Shown here: positions 35,704-47,600 of the stretch, one piece after another
How positions within the stretch are numbered: the first letter of the stretch is position 1
Layout of the letters: each line of letters starts with the position of its first letter
DNA from: Asterias rubens
Lineage: Eukaryota
Direction of reading: 5' to 3'
Length of the DNA: 64,000 nt
Assembly: GCF_902459465.1 (NCBI RefSeq)
Contig: NW_022985694.1
Coordinates: 1 to 64,000, forward strand
The notes under the pieces: model-generated
What the model was told of the DNA's origin: nothing
The model's database searches: none
What the model saw: the letters and a program-made list of their open reading frames with translations, nothing else
Program-made: the position numbers and the translations under genes

Positions 35704-38700
35704 ATGGCAGATGGACCCTTGACCATTGACCCTTGCTTCAAGCTACGGGTGATCTTAAGTGACAATGATATAAGGAAAATGACCCTTCCTGGGGTAACTC
35801 ATCCGAGTATTCTTGAGCTGCATGAGAAGGTGCAGGCTGCGTTTGGGCTTGTAGGGGACTTCAAGCTTCATTACTTTGATCCGGATTTTCAAGAGTTCTG
35901 CAATTTATCATCTGACGAAGACATATTCAACAAAGGGACAGTAAAAGTCATCTATACTGCAATTCCAGAGTCCGACAGCGACGATTTGACTAACAGTATA
36001 TATGATGACCTTCTAAACTCAACCCAAACTCCAACTCTTCATGTAAAACAACATCTCTGAAGTTCGATGATTCAGCATCAGTATTGTCTTCATCAGATAC
36101 ATCAGTCCTGTCCACACTGGCTGGTAGTGAAACTGATATTGAACAATCACAGAGAACCTGTCCATGGCCTGAACATTTTCCAATTCCTCGCTTCTCCTAT
36201 GACACGGAACTCAAACTTTCAAAGGGGAATATAAACTATGGACATGACAAAACTCTGATGAACCCTGTAGGTGTGAAATCAGACATCCTGGAAAAAATTG
36301 CAGAAACAATTTTCCAGTACAAGGCTTATCCGACAGACTTGCAGTTTTGCTCTGTTGCTCAGGCCTTAGTAACCAAATATCCATGCCTGAAAGAAATGGG
36401 ATCAGTCACTGGATGGTATGGCTGGAAGACAAGTTTGAAGTTTAAAATGGGGAATTATCGAACAAAGCTAAGAAATGTTGGATGCCCAGAGCTCACTGTC
36501 AACTCTTGCAAAAGGAAAGCAGGGAATGAACAGGCAAAAACTGCAAAGAATATCAAAAAGCCGAGGAGAGCCGAGGTTAACTATTTACCTGACTATCCTT
36601 GCAATGAAACAGCAGCCACTCTTGAAAGTGAACGACTAACACTCCTTGAGGATACCAAAAAAAAGGGGAACGAGAAAGAAGTCAATGACAAAATGGCAAG
36701 AACTTTTCCACATAGAAGGCAGGAAGTGGTTCTTCAGAAACCGATGGTGGTGAACTTCAAAGAGCGATGGCCAGTCTTGTTTACAAACTCGCAGGTAAGG
36801 AATTTTTTTTCAAAATAAATTTTGTACTCGTTTCTCAGAAACCACAGCATTTCAGGCAGAAGTTCTTTAAGGAAACGTTTCTACTATCAGCAATTTGAAA
36901 CCATCAAATTTAAGTGTAAATCTGTGAACATTTATGTTTTTTGATCTGATCAATAGTGTACAAGGGCTTCAAAGCCACATTTATCACAACACTGTGCTTT
37001 ACCATAGATTAGCAAATTTACACAGTGCTTCAACCAATCAAATCATCTAAACTGACCAATGAATGAAAATAAACTACCACATTCTGCACTTGATATCAGA
37101 TGAAGTTTTTGTCATAATCCAACACCACAAAGTAAGTGGTCACTAGATTTCAGTTTGAAAACCAAATATGTGCACAAAGCTTATGCACAAAACTGAGTTG
37201 AATGTTTGCGACAGCTTACTAATTAATATCCTCTCTAATGTATACATTTTTGTTGTAGATTTGCGCTGAGTTTAAACGAATAACAACTGTCCCTTTGATG
37301 GCAACGTACACATCGAAAGTGGACAAACACACACCGAAGCTACTGAACCTTTTCCGTGCAAAAGGAGGTGTCAAAGGAAAGAAAATTAAGACATTCCTTG
37401 ATTGTTTAGACCAGGTAATTGTCATTCCTGATATTTCGTTCTTGTGTAAGAGCATACTGTATAGTTTATTGCTCCATGGTAAGGGCAAGGCAATTTGACC
37501 TTGATAAGGAGCAACTCTGTGATGAAACTGTAAATGTGGTACAGGTAGTACATGTACATTTACCACCTTTGCTAGAAATTATACGTTTGTTGTAACCCCA
37601 CTTTAACTTTTAGGTTGAAACCGGAATTTGGTTTGAAACATTTCATTTTAATTGCAACAGGAAATTTAAGAAAACCAAACAAATCTGTTGACATGATCTC
37701 ATCGACCACCTCATTTTTTTTTACAACTAATATTCAATTGTTTAGTTTTTTTATCAGTACAAACATACTGTAAAGTAATGTTTATTTGTTTATTTCACAG
37801 CTAAAATCTCCACTTACTGGTGGAAGGTTAAGACCTGCACAATGTTGATCCTTTGAGAAAGGGCACATGACGGACATGTACATGTAGCATACATAAACCT
37901 CTCTTTATCCATCCTACCCAACAGAACAACAGCATACACATCCGACGGGAGGTAGTGATCAAAGGCCTCTGTGAGTTCCTGAACGAGGACTGCGAAACTT
38001 TATTCAACAATTTTTGGTGAGTATTAAGTGAGTAATATATCTTTCAGCAAATACTTGATTCCTTGATTGTGATTGGTCGACAGATGTGTAATAATAACAT
38101 GCATTCCATGTTGATTTCCATTTTCATTAGTTAAAACACTGTAACGTGGGGTTCGCTAGCAAGGAATAGTGCCTGAACTCTGTGTCTTGCATTAACTGGT
38201 CATAGGGTCAGCTTTGACTGTGCGGATATATATTTTTTTTCTGATTCAAATCAATGTAACTAAACTAAATCTAAAAGGAAAAATATGGTTGGTACCCTTT
38301 GTGTTTAAAGTGAATCAATATTCATTAATGTGACTTCACCTAGGGAACCAGGCAAAGACAGTGAAAGCATGATTGATAAATTGCCACTGAGGCAGATCTG
38401 CCATGGGAGGCATTATTTTTTTGTATTTCCTGCCCCAATAATTCTGAATTCCACAAACCCATAAATAGCAATTTTCATGTATGGTTTTTTGAAGTGATAA
38501 ATGTTTAAATCTTACTGTGTTTCTTCTTTTGACAGGATACCCAAGAAGAGGAAATGATAAAGGCAAAAGAGGAATGTACAATGGGCATCTTTGTAATAAA
38601 GGAGGGGGCTGCAGAGCAGGAGGAACAGGCAGACATCATAGTTGTGCTTGAGGGTGTGGAAGTTCTGAAGGAGGTAACCGATGTGAGCGCAGCATGTATG

Positions 38701-38850
38701 CAGCTATTTGGCTGCATATATGCTATGAATCTATCATACCCGACTAACCTAAAATACTTCTGGGAAGTCATCCAGAAAGTTTTCATGGGTCTCGATGCAA
38801 CTCGCTTATCGCCTAAAGTTCAGGCACTGCAAAACAAACTTTGCATTTAG
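35704..38850 (+). CDS. Spliced accessory protein of element B with an N-terminal PB1/ubiquitin-like domain and a SAMD3-like C-terminal region (two single-base frame breaks)
   Basis: Exons 35704-36794, 37259-37414, 37925-38016 and 38536-38850. N-terminus FKLRVILSDNDIRKMTL..ELHEKVQAAFGLVGDFKLHYFDPDFQEFCNL; middle WPEHFPIPRFS..AYPTD..VAQALVTKYPCL..GWYGWKTSLKFKMGNYRTKL; C-terminus FGCIYAMNLSYP..FWEVIQKVFMGL..LSPKVQALQNKL. Confidence 0.83.
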
Positions 38851-40003
38851 TGTGGAAATATTCCTATACAGTTTGGTCATTTTAAATTTGTGCCTGTTGG
38901 TTTGGGGTTTGCCTTTCGATGTTTACACCAAAACTCCTGAATGTTCGTTTTCAAATCTGGGTCTTTAAGAAGGATTACTTTCAAAATTGTACCACAAGAA
39001 GAACAACACTACAGCTTAATGCATTTTATATAAAGTTTGAAAGTTTTTAGCATTACAAAGTTTATGTTTTATTGTTAAAAGTGTAATGCAAATCTGTCTC
39101 TTGGAGACAAATTATGGAAATATAAGGGATTTTTTTCATCATGCAGCCATCTTGTTTTCATTATTTCAAAGCAGAATAACCAAATCAAGGCTGGAATGGC
39201 AAGTAGTGTGGTACCCTCGCTGATCTCTATTGGACTGACTGGATAGCAGGTTGAGAAATTAAGATAATAAGAAAAACATTGTTTTTTGCAAAAGCACTGA
39301 TGATTTTAACAGTTTCTGGGTGTTTCGAAATTCATGGTCTAGTCATTACAATAGAGATCAGTGGGTACCCTTGGTGTGAGAATTGGTGTCACTGTTAATT
39401 GCAAGCAGCGGCATAGCCAGGCATTTTTTAGTGAGGGGGCACGGGGGGGCGGGCATGGCTTTTCAGTAGGGGGGGGCAAAAGTTGTGTTTTTTAACCAAG
39501 CATTTATTATTTTTTGGGACGCTATCAGGATTTGTTTTATTTATTTGTTTGTATTTATTTATTTTTTGTGGCGGGGGGGTAATGGGAAATTTATGGGGGG
39601 AGGCGAATCATGACGTCATACATGTAAATTTGTTGTGAATTATTCACATTAATTAATCGCTTTCATGTGAAGTATGAACCAGGCTTTACTTATTGGCTTT
39701 AGGGTTGGACCCAAAGTTATTATCTTGTGTTGTTGCATACATACATGCTGAGGCACAGGTAAACACAATAAGTTTCTCAACTTTGGGGTATAAAACTAAA
39801 TTAAAATATGGATGGAGGATTATCTTCCTACTGAAATATTTTGTTGTCAAGGGAAAACTCCAAAAGTGGGCGGGGCATGAATTAGGTTGGCTTCAAAAAT
39901 TCCATGGTCCAACTGCATGCATGCATACAATAATTCAATTATTTAAGAGCATCCAATGATTATTAGAGATATTAGATGTTTTTATTTGCTTCTTGGATAA
40001 AGA

Positions 40004-40345
40004 ATATTATTTGTTTGACCTACCCATACACCAATGTGTGTTAAGTACTAAATATGAAAAGAAAACAAATAATAATCACAGGTGAACTTAGGTGGGATTC
40101 AAACCCACAACCTTTGTGTCTCTAGTGAAACGTCTTACCAGCTAGACCAGCCGCCACTAACAGGATTCAAACTGCCAGGCAATCTCGGTGGTCTAACTGG
40201 TAAGACATTACACTAGAGACACAAAGGTCAGGGGTTCGAATCCCACCCAAGTACAGCTGTGATTTTTTGTTTGTTGACTCGGGAAAGTACTGAGTATACA
40301 GTACTTAACATACATTGGTGTATGGGTAAGTCAAACGAATAATAT
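40004..40345. mobile_element. Two tRNA-derived SINE-like copies head-to-head, forming a ~340-bp inverted repeat inside element B
   Basis: The plus copy has an A box (TGGTCTAACTGG, 40189-40200) and a B box (GGTTCGAATCC, 40233-40243); the minus copy has its B box at 40095-40105. The outer tails are complementary (atattatttgtttgacctacccatacacc / ggtgtatgggtaagtcaaacgaataatat). Confidence 0.75.
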
Positions 40346-42200
40346 CATTAGAGACTTTAAAATGCAGGGTCCCTGCATGATGTTATAGACGGTTTACTAC
40401 ATGTATGTTTCACATCTTTCTGAGCTGAGTATCTCAAAAGATAGAGGTATGTTTCTACCTAACATGTAAATACTTGCCTTTGGTACAAAATATGATCAGG
40501 GGCTTCCCCCATGTTTTTTTTTTTACAAACTATACTGTTGGTTCATCAAAGTGTTTTGTAATTTTTAAAGTAATTTTCCTTCCAAATCAGACAATCGGCT
40601 GCCCCAAATACATATAAATCAATTAATTAATCAATCAGTCAAGAACACAACCGAAATGGAAGGAAGAACACACTTTATCAGAGGTTAAAAACATTTGAAG
40701 GGCAGGTCAAAACATTTCACAATTGCAGAAAAAAGAAGAATATTGTTACCACAATCTATCTCAGTAATGTGTCTGGTTTCATTTAATGGATAAAGAATAC
40801 CTTTTGCACTGAACACGTTCAATGCAGTTTAACAGTGTTTTAGCGTTACAAAGTTTATATGTTTATTGTTAAAAGCCTAATGCTTTTTGAAAGACCTACA
40901 TAGACTAATAGACCTTAATCATGGTGCTTTTACCTTGTTTTGTTTTTTGTTTTTTGATTCAAAGCAGTGTGACTAAATATAAGGCTGAAGGCTGGAAAGG
41001 CAAGTAATGTGGTACTCTTCCAGTGTTGTAAGACATTGCAGGGCATTGCAGGGAGTGTGACAACAAATTATATAGAGTGAAGAAGGTCTGTTGATATTGT
41101 TTACATTGGAATTGCCAAGTTGAAATCATTGCCAACGTTATTGAGGCTTCAGGATTGGACCCAGAGTTGTTATCTTGTGTTGTTGCATACATTTATGCAG
41201 AGGCACAGGTTTTCCCATCCCAACATTCAGTTTTGCTAGGGGTGTGTAAGGGACCAGGCAATTACCCATATCCTCTTAACAGAGTAATGTTATATTTTGT
41301 GAAAATCGGTTTGTTAATAAAGCAAATGTTCTCATTGTTACTGCATAAACATGTTGTTCAGACCTTTTGTTTTGTTCGTTATGTTAATAGGCCCAATTTG
41401 ATGCATACTTTCTATGCATACATGTAACAAATTTGAGTATGATGAAATTGATGAGTTCAAATAAACACTTTTTCTTGTAATAATTAAGTAGAACCATTGA
41501 AACAGAAAATCAGTAAATATGACGTAAATGAAATAACCTTGCAATACTTAAACTAACTGTGTGCTGGAAAAACTGAATTTTTTAAGTGCATTTAAAAAAA
41601 CAAACAATTAAGTTCAATATACTTCAAAATGTAAGTTACAATAACTTAGCCGGATTACAAGTGAAAAATACTTATAAAAATTAAGTCAGTTGGGTTTTCC
41701 TCAACTTATTGAGTATATTCAACGATATGGGATATAAGTAAATCGAACAAAGAAAGTTAAATTACAATAACACATTTTTATTGCAAGTTGAAAGTACTTA
41801 CAAAAATTAAAGCAATTGTGTTGCCTGAATTTGTTTGAGTAATTTCAACGGAGTTGAATATAAGTAAAATACTGTGAGAAGAATAAGTAAAATTAACTTA
41901 ACTTTAATACCAAAGTTACATTAACTTAAATTAATTGCAAGTTAAGGGTACTTAATTAAATTAATTGCAACAAAATTGCCTTATTTTTTTTAAGTAAATC
42001 GAAAGAAATATTTTTTTGAGTGTATGTACTTTGCACAGAAATAAATTAAGTCCAAACAAAACATTTAGTAATAGTTACTCATTTATAGCAAAATTTAGTT
42101 AACTTTGGCTGTAAACTACTGTAATTTAACAAACAAAAGAAACATTAATTTTAATGATTTAATTGTGTTGTTCTCGTTTCTTTTATGACAGATAGTCAAG

Positions 42201-43175
42201 ATGGCAGATGCACTTGTTGAACCATCGTGCATAATGTTGAGAGTCATCATCACCGAAGGAAACATCCAGAAGCTGATTCTACCCCCCTGGGCTGGAAAGT
42301 GTGCAGGATTTGAAGAACCAAGTCAAGGAGAGGTTTGAACTCAAAGGGGAATTCAGTCTCCAATTCATTGATCCGGACTTTGATAATTTCATGAGCTTAT
42401 CATCACTCAAGGATATTAAAGACAGGGGAACTATCAAAGTCGTTCCACTTTCTATTCCTGATTCAGATTCAGACACAGACATTGACAGTCAGTGTGTTTG
42501 ATCCTTTGAGTAATTCATCTCTGCTGTCATCGTCACCGTCGATGTCGGAAGCATCATCCATGTCTACTGCTGTAAGTACATGTAGTACAGATAGAGCACT
42601 TCAGTGGCCTACCGTCTTTCCAATCCCATCCTTCTCAATCGACACAGAGATGAAACTTTCAAACGGGAAAAAAACAGTTTGAGAAGGATGGAATTTTGAC
42701 AAACCCCACAGGAATGAAATCTGATATTTTGGAAAAACTTGCCGAAGCCATGTTAAGCTACAAGGCCTATCCATCAGATGATCAGTTCTGCTCTGTAGCA
42801 CAAGCATTTGTCAAGAAGCACCCATACCTGAAAGAACCAGGTGCTGCCACTGGCTATAACTTGGTTGGAAAATAAACCTTAAACTCAAGATGGGTAACTA
42901 TAGATCAGAATTGCAAAATCACGGATGCACAGAACTAACTGTAAAATCACTCTAAATCAGCCAAGAACATAAAAAAAACCAAGAAAGGCAGAAGGCAGAA
43001 GTTAACTACCTCCCTGAATATCCTGGTGATGAAACAGCTGCAAGCTCTGAAAAGGAACTGACTGCTCTTCTTGATTAATTGAAGAAAACACAATGGAAAA
43101 GTGATTATGGAAACACTGGCAAAGACATTTTTCCCACCGCAGACAAGAAGTAGTTCTTCAAAAACCATATGTTGT
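42201..43175 (+). pseudogene. Degraded, 3'-truncated paralogue of the element B PB1-like/SAMD3-like accessory gene
   Basis: After an acceptor at 42191 it reads MADALVEPSCIMLRVII..QDLKNQVKERFELKGEFSLQFIDPDFDNFMSL..QWPTVFPIPSFS..AYPSDDQFCSVAQAFVKKHPYLKEPG..KMGNYRSEL, with several frameshifts and stops. Confidence 0.85.
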
Positions 43176-43288
43176 TCTAAAGAATAGTGATTGAAACCAG
43201 CTGACCACTTGCCAATGTAATGCTATAATTAATCCTGTACCTTTCTACAAGTTTTACTGAACAATCCTTTTTTCTACTTATTACTTAA

Positions 43289-43633
43289 AGGGACATGTTG
43301 CCTTGGATTGGTCGAGTTGGTCCATGAAAAGTGTTTGAAACCGTTTGATATGAAATGTGTAAAATAATCAAACAAACATGCCTCCAAATTGCGTGGTTTT
43401 TCTTTTACGTTGCGAACAAACACTGTCGGCCATTTTATGGAGTAAACAAAATAGCCGGCCGTGTTTGTTAGCAACGTAAAAGAAAACCACTCACTTTCGA
43501 GGCATGTTTGTTTGGATGTTTGGATTATTTTATTCTACTTTTAAAACATCTTTCCAACCATATACATTTCATATCAAACGGTTTCAAACACTTTTCATTT
43601 ACCAACTCGACCGATCCAATGCAACGTGTCCCA
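43289..43633. mobile_element. 345-bp fold-back MITE with TTAA TSD and RR..YY-like ends (Kolobok-type)
   Basis: TTAA|AGGGACATGTTGCCTTGGATTGGTCGAGTTGG ... CCAACTCGACCGATCCAATGCAACGTGTCCCA|TTAA; the whole element is an imperfect palindrome. Confidence 0.78.
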
Positions 43634-44646
43634 TTAAAGTGATGTAAAATTAAGGTTGAGCAAGCTGGATATCTATACCCAATGCTAGGACCTAAAGTTG
43701 ATTTCTCTGCACTTTTTAAGGATTTTTTTAAAGGTCAACTAAATGGGTCCTTAGCTTAAAGATTATTGTTTGTAAATAGTAACCTGCAATAGGTCTCTTT
43801 GCTAGAGACACCTTATTGCAGTACATTATATTTTATTATTCCACTAATTTTACTCGCTTAACAAAGACTAAAACAAAAATACATCTTTCGGGGGAGGGTG
43901 TGTTAACTTAAAATTTATTTTTTTAAAAGAATAGTCCAAAAAAGTCTGATCTTATAAATGCATCCTAAACCTGTTTGATATAGCTTGTCAGCCAGATGCT
44001 TTTTCTTCATAAGTTCTTTCTGAAAAATCTGTACTTTAGTTATGCTCCACACCGTCAAGAGAATATTGTTTTGAAGATTATGACCACTTGGCAAACAAAT
44101 ACTGTATTTAATAACTTCCGTGTCAGATAATTAAGACGTTAACAAATGAAAGTTGTATCATAAACACAAATAAAAATTGATACAACAAAGCAAGGTGTTT
44201 TTTATGTGATTATGCTATGAAGTTAAAGGGTCTGGGTACTTTTTGTATGATACAAAACACAATCTGATAATGATGAACTGGTCAGTGACTGCAAAGTTGA
44301 CATGAATGACATCTCTGACCACGGTGTTGTAAACTGCAAACTTCACTTCATTAAACCTCAACCCATGCTCATGGCATCAAAGTTCCGTGATTTTCGTAAG
44401 ATTGACCATGATGCTTTTGCTCGTGAACTAACAGAACGTCTCCACGATGTCACCTGCGAAGGCGACGTTGACACGGCAGTCTTGGAATTTAACTCCGCAG
44501 TAAACTGTGCTCTAGACATCCATGCACCGTTGTTGACTCCTAAACCAAAGCCCAAACGTGCTAAACCAAGATGGTACAACAACGATGTTGAGGACGCGAG
44601 ACGCGGACGTCGTCAAGCGGAACGCAAGTGGCGAAAGTCCAGACTA

Positions 44647-47600
44647 CACGGCTGTTTCACGTCTAAAAAAGTACGCCCTCTGTTGGTCAGATTGGGCCAA
44701 CGCCTAAAACCCTATTCGTGACGTCATGATGGCTTTGCGGCTATTCATGAATGAGCGTTTGACCCCTTTTTGTTTGTGGGTTTTTGATTGGACAGTTAAT
44801 AAAATTTGCATAATTTCTGAGGACAATTTAATGAATATTCAATTATAAACATGAATAAACAGTTTTTAAAGACGGTGACCTTTGTTTACTTATAGAACTG
44901 GGTGGGCATTTAGGTACATGTGACCGCGTTGTACGTAAAAGCCGAAACCCGCAATTTCCCACTAATATAATGCCGTTTTTCAACATTGTTCGACAATTCT
45001 ACGAAAAAAATATGTCTACATATGGTTGGATAACGTTTTCAAGAGTCATTTTATCCCAAAGGTAAGAAAGGGCCAACATAAATACCGATGATTACGGATG
45101 ATTGAAAATGGTCATATTATTTTTAGTTTCGTGAATCACATAATAACAACACGTACAAAACGCACGTTTTGTGTGTGTACACAGTGATGCGGTACACGCT
45201 GTACGTAGCTTTTCGTGTATGTACATGTGCAATGTACGTGTAGTTAATACATGGGGTGGGTTTTTAATGCATGGGTTTATGCATGCTTCATGAGCCCAGA
45301 CAGTCACAATACGGGCATGTTTATATTTTCAGAGTCTTTGTCCCTCTCTGCTCTGATCTTTCTTATGACCTTGCCCACATTATATTGATATTCACCTTCA
45401 TTCAACCAACATCGATTTAAATACAGTTTGGATTTATTTTAAAATTATGAATTGCATAGGCCTACTGTACTATTTTATAATTATTATAAAGTTTTCTGAA
45501 TTTAAATAATGTTATGAAATAATAAAGTAGGGTAGGGAGGGTAGGGGCCTAGAAATTGCAATTGATAAGAGGTAATAAAGAAAAGGACACATTGCATTGG
45601 TGAAGGCGGTCAAATTTTATTTTAATTAAGAAAAAAGGGCCTCCGAAAAAAAACATGAATAATTTTTTAGATCATTTAAAAACAACGCTGGTATTTATTT
45701 ATATATATGTACAAACAATTATCTTATGTTTTCATTTTTATGCGAAGGGGCATATAGTGTTTGCCTTGTTAGTGTTATTTATGGCACATTCAATTTCAAT
45801 TCATCATTTGCTTCGAGCATACTACTTTATATATTTCTATTTCTTCATTTCTGCATGCACTTCTGGAAAGGTGGTCGTCAGATGTCGTCGCATGATACTC
45901 ATTAGCTTCTGGAGCTCATCCTTCATGCCGTGCACTGCTCGTCCAGCTCTGTTGAACTCGGTGTGCAAAAGCTCACCGCCTTGCTCATTCAGTAGCCCCA
46001 GACCAACCTTGAATCGCCGCAGCTGCTCCATGGTATGCTCCTCTAGCATATGCAGCTTAGGTGTAATGCTGGCATCAGGGAAGCATCGACGATACACACG
46101 TAAGAAGTGTTTAATGCACACGTCTAATAAAAAAGATGAAAATTGTGTGCATTTGTAAAATAATGCTAAGTGATCTTTTTATTTAGGTGTTTTTTTTGTT
46201 TTATTTTTAATTATTGAAGTGCTATTGAAATTTATAAGCCTGTTGATTCTTACCTGTTCGCTCCATGTCTGATTGCGTGATAGGGTTGCAGTGGTTTATG
46301 GCTTTGTGCACATCTGCGAAACAAGAAAACGCTTCATGGAATTTAACACCAATTTCTGCCGAATTCCTTCTTATTGTGGCAGATGCTTCAAGAGTCAATT
46401 CATCGAGTGGGAGTTGGTCGGTCATCAGTCGAGGTTGAGACGTGAGGGCATCTATAACGGGTATCTGTGAAGGACATGATAGCAGTACATAAGGTTGAAG
46501 CTAAAAGGTACCAAGTTCATTAAAATTGCTTAAAAACGGAAGTTTAATCAAATTTGATTAAAATGATTTTTGCAATTATTTCACTGAGAGGGTTATGGTA
46601 ATACCTGACAACACTTGTTAACGTGGTTTCCCACGAAAGACTTCCCATGGTAAGCCTGTCTGTTCACTTTATGTTTTTTCAGCACACCGTCCAAACTACT
46701 GGCAATTGGCCCTGTACCAAACTCCAGTTCAGTCGTCCCCTGGTTGTTTTCCTAAAAAAATAAAAATAATAATAATTATTATTTATTCATTGGCTCACAA
46801 GTTAAATCACAATGACAGAGAAATATAGATTTACAAACCATTTCAGCAATGTCTGCCCTCAATACGTTGACTCCATGATGGTTGTCTAGAAGGGGAAGGG
46901 GAATGTCCTCTTCGAGGTCTTCAAGTTGATCTCGCTTTTCTTGAAGATCTCTTTTGATTGTCCTCTTCCTGCACAGCTCGTTCTCAACTTTCTTGTCAAA
47001 GTCGGTCGTTGAATCGTCCTCAAAGTCGTCATCAATATCTCTGGCAATGGCTCTCTCTTTCAGGATGGCTACATCTAGCTCATGGCACGCTTGCTCGAAG
47101 AGGTCATACAACCTTTTAAACACTCCAAGGGATATGTGGAGTGTAGGGACGATCACCTATATCAATTTTGGGAAAAAGGGTAAGTGTTTTTTGCAAGTAA
47201 TTAAACAAAAAAAATTCTTAAGCACATTTTGTAAATTGATTTTACATTGAAACTACAAGTATAAACTTACATAATCAAGCTCAACAGGGAGCATAGGAGA
47301 GCTCACTATGCTAAATGACACATCCTTGGCCCTGCTTCTCTTCTGCCCATCTTCAACAAAGAGCTGATGCTGCTCCTTGATCGACTGCAGTGACCTTCTA
47401 AATGACGCTTGTCGCTCGCATAGTGGTCGCTGCATATTACTCTTGCTTATTCTGCAGTAAATGCAGCAATATCGGGCTGAAGAGAAAAATATAATAAAAA
47501 GAAAAGAATGGAATGAATGGATGAATGGAATTGTATGACATTCTGCATGTTTGAAAATTAAATCTTTGTGCTATAGCGTTTACATGTCATGGGCACAGTA

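Larger units (their letters stand above)
30712..42022 (+). mobile_element. Complete EnSpm/CACTA DNA transposon, element B (11,311 bp)
   Basis: TA|CACTCAAAAAAAATG at 30712 and ATTTTTTTGAGTG|TA at 42022 give 12-13 bp TIRs with a 2-bp TA TSD. AAGTAA/AACTT-rich subterminal regions lie at ~30712-31400 and ~41540-42022. The element encodes a transposase and an accessory gene. Confidence 0.93.

Noticed and set aside
9713-38850. Host SAMD3 orthologues
   Set aside because: All copies lie within or beside TIR-bounded elements and next to transposases, so no gene symbol was assigned.
40095-40245. Functional tRNA genes
   Set aside because: A and B boxes are present but there is no complete cloverleaf with a paired acceptor stem, and the tRNA-like part runs into a conserved non-tRNA tail typical of SINEs.
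44223-44262. Second Kolobok-type MITE (TTAA-AGGGTCTGGGTAC..)
   Set aside because: Only ~40 bp of one end precedes the LINE fragment and no partner end was found, so it was not listed as a feature.
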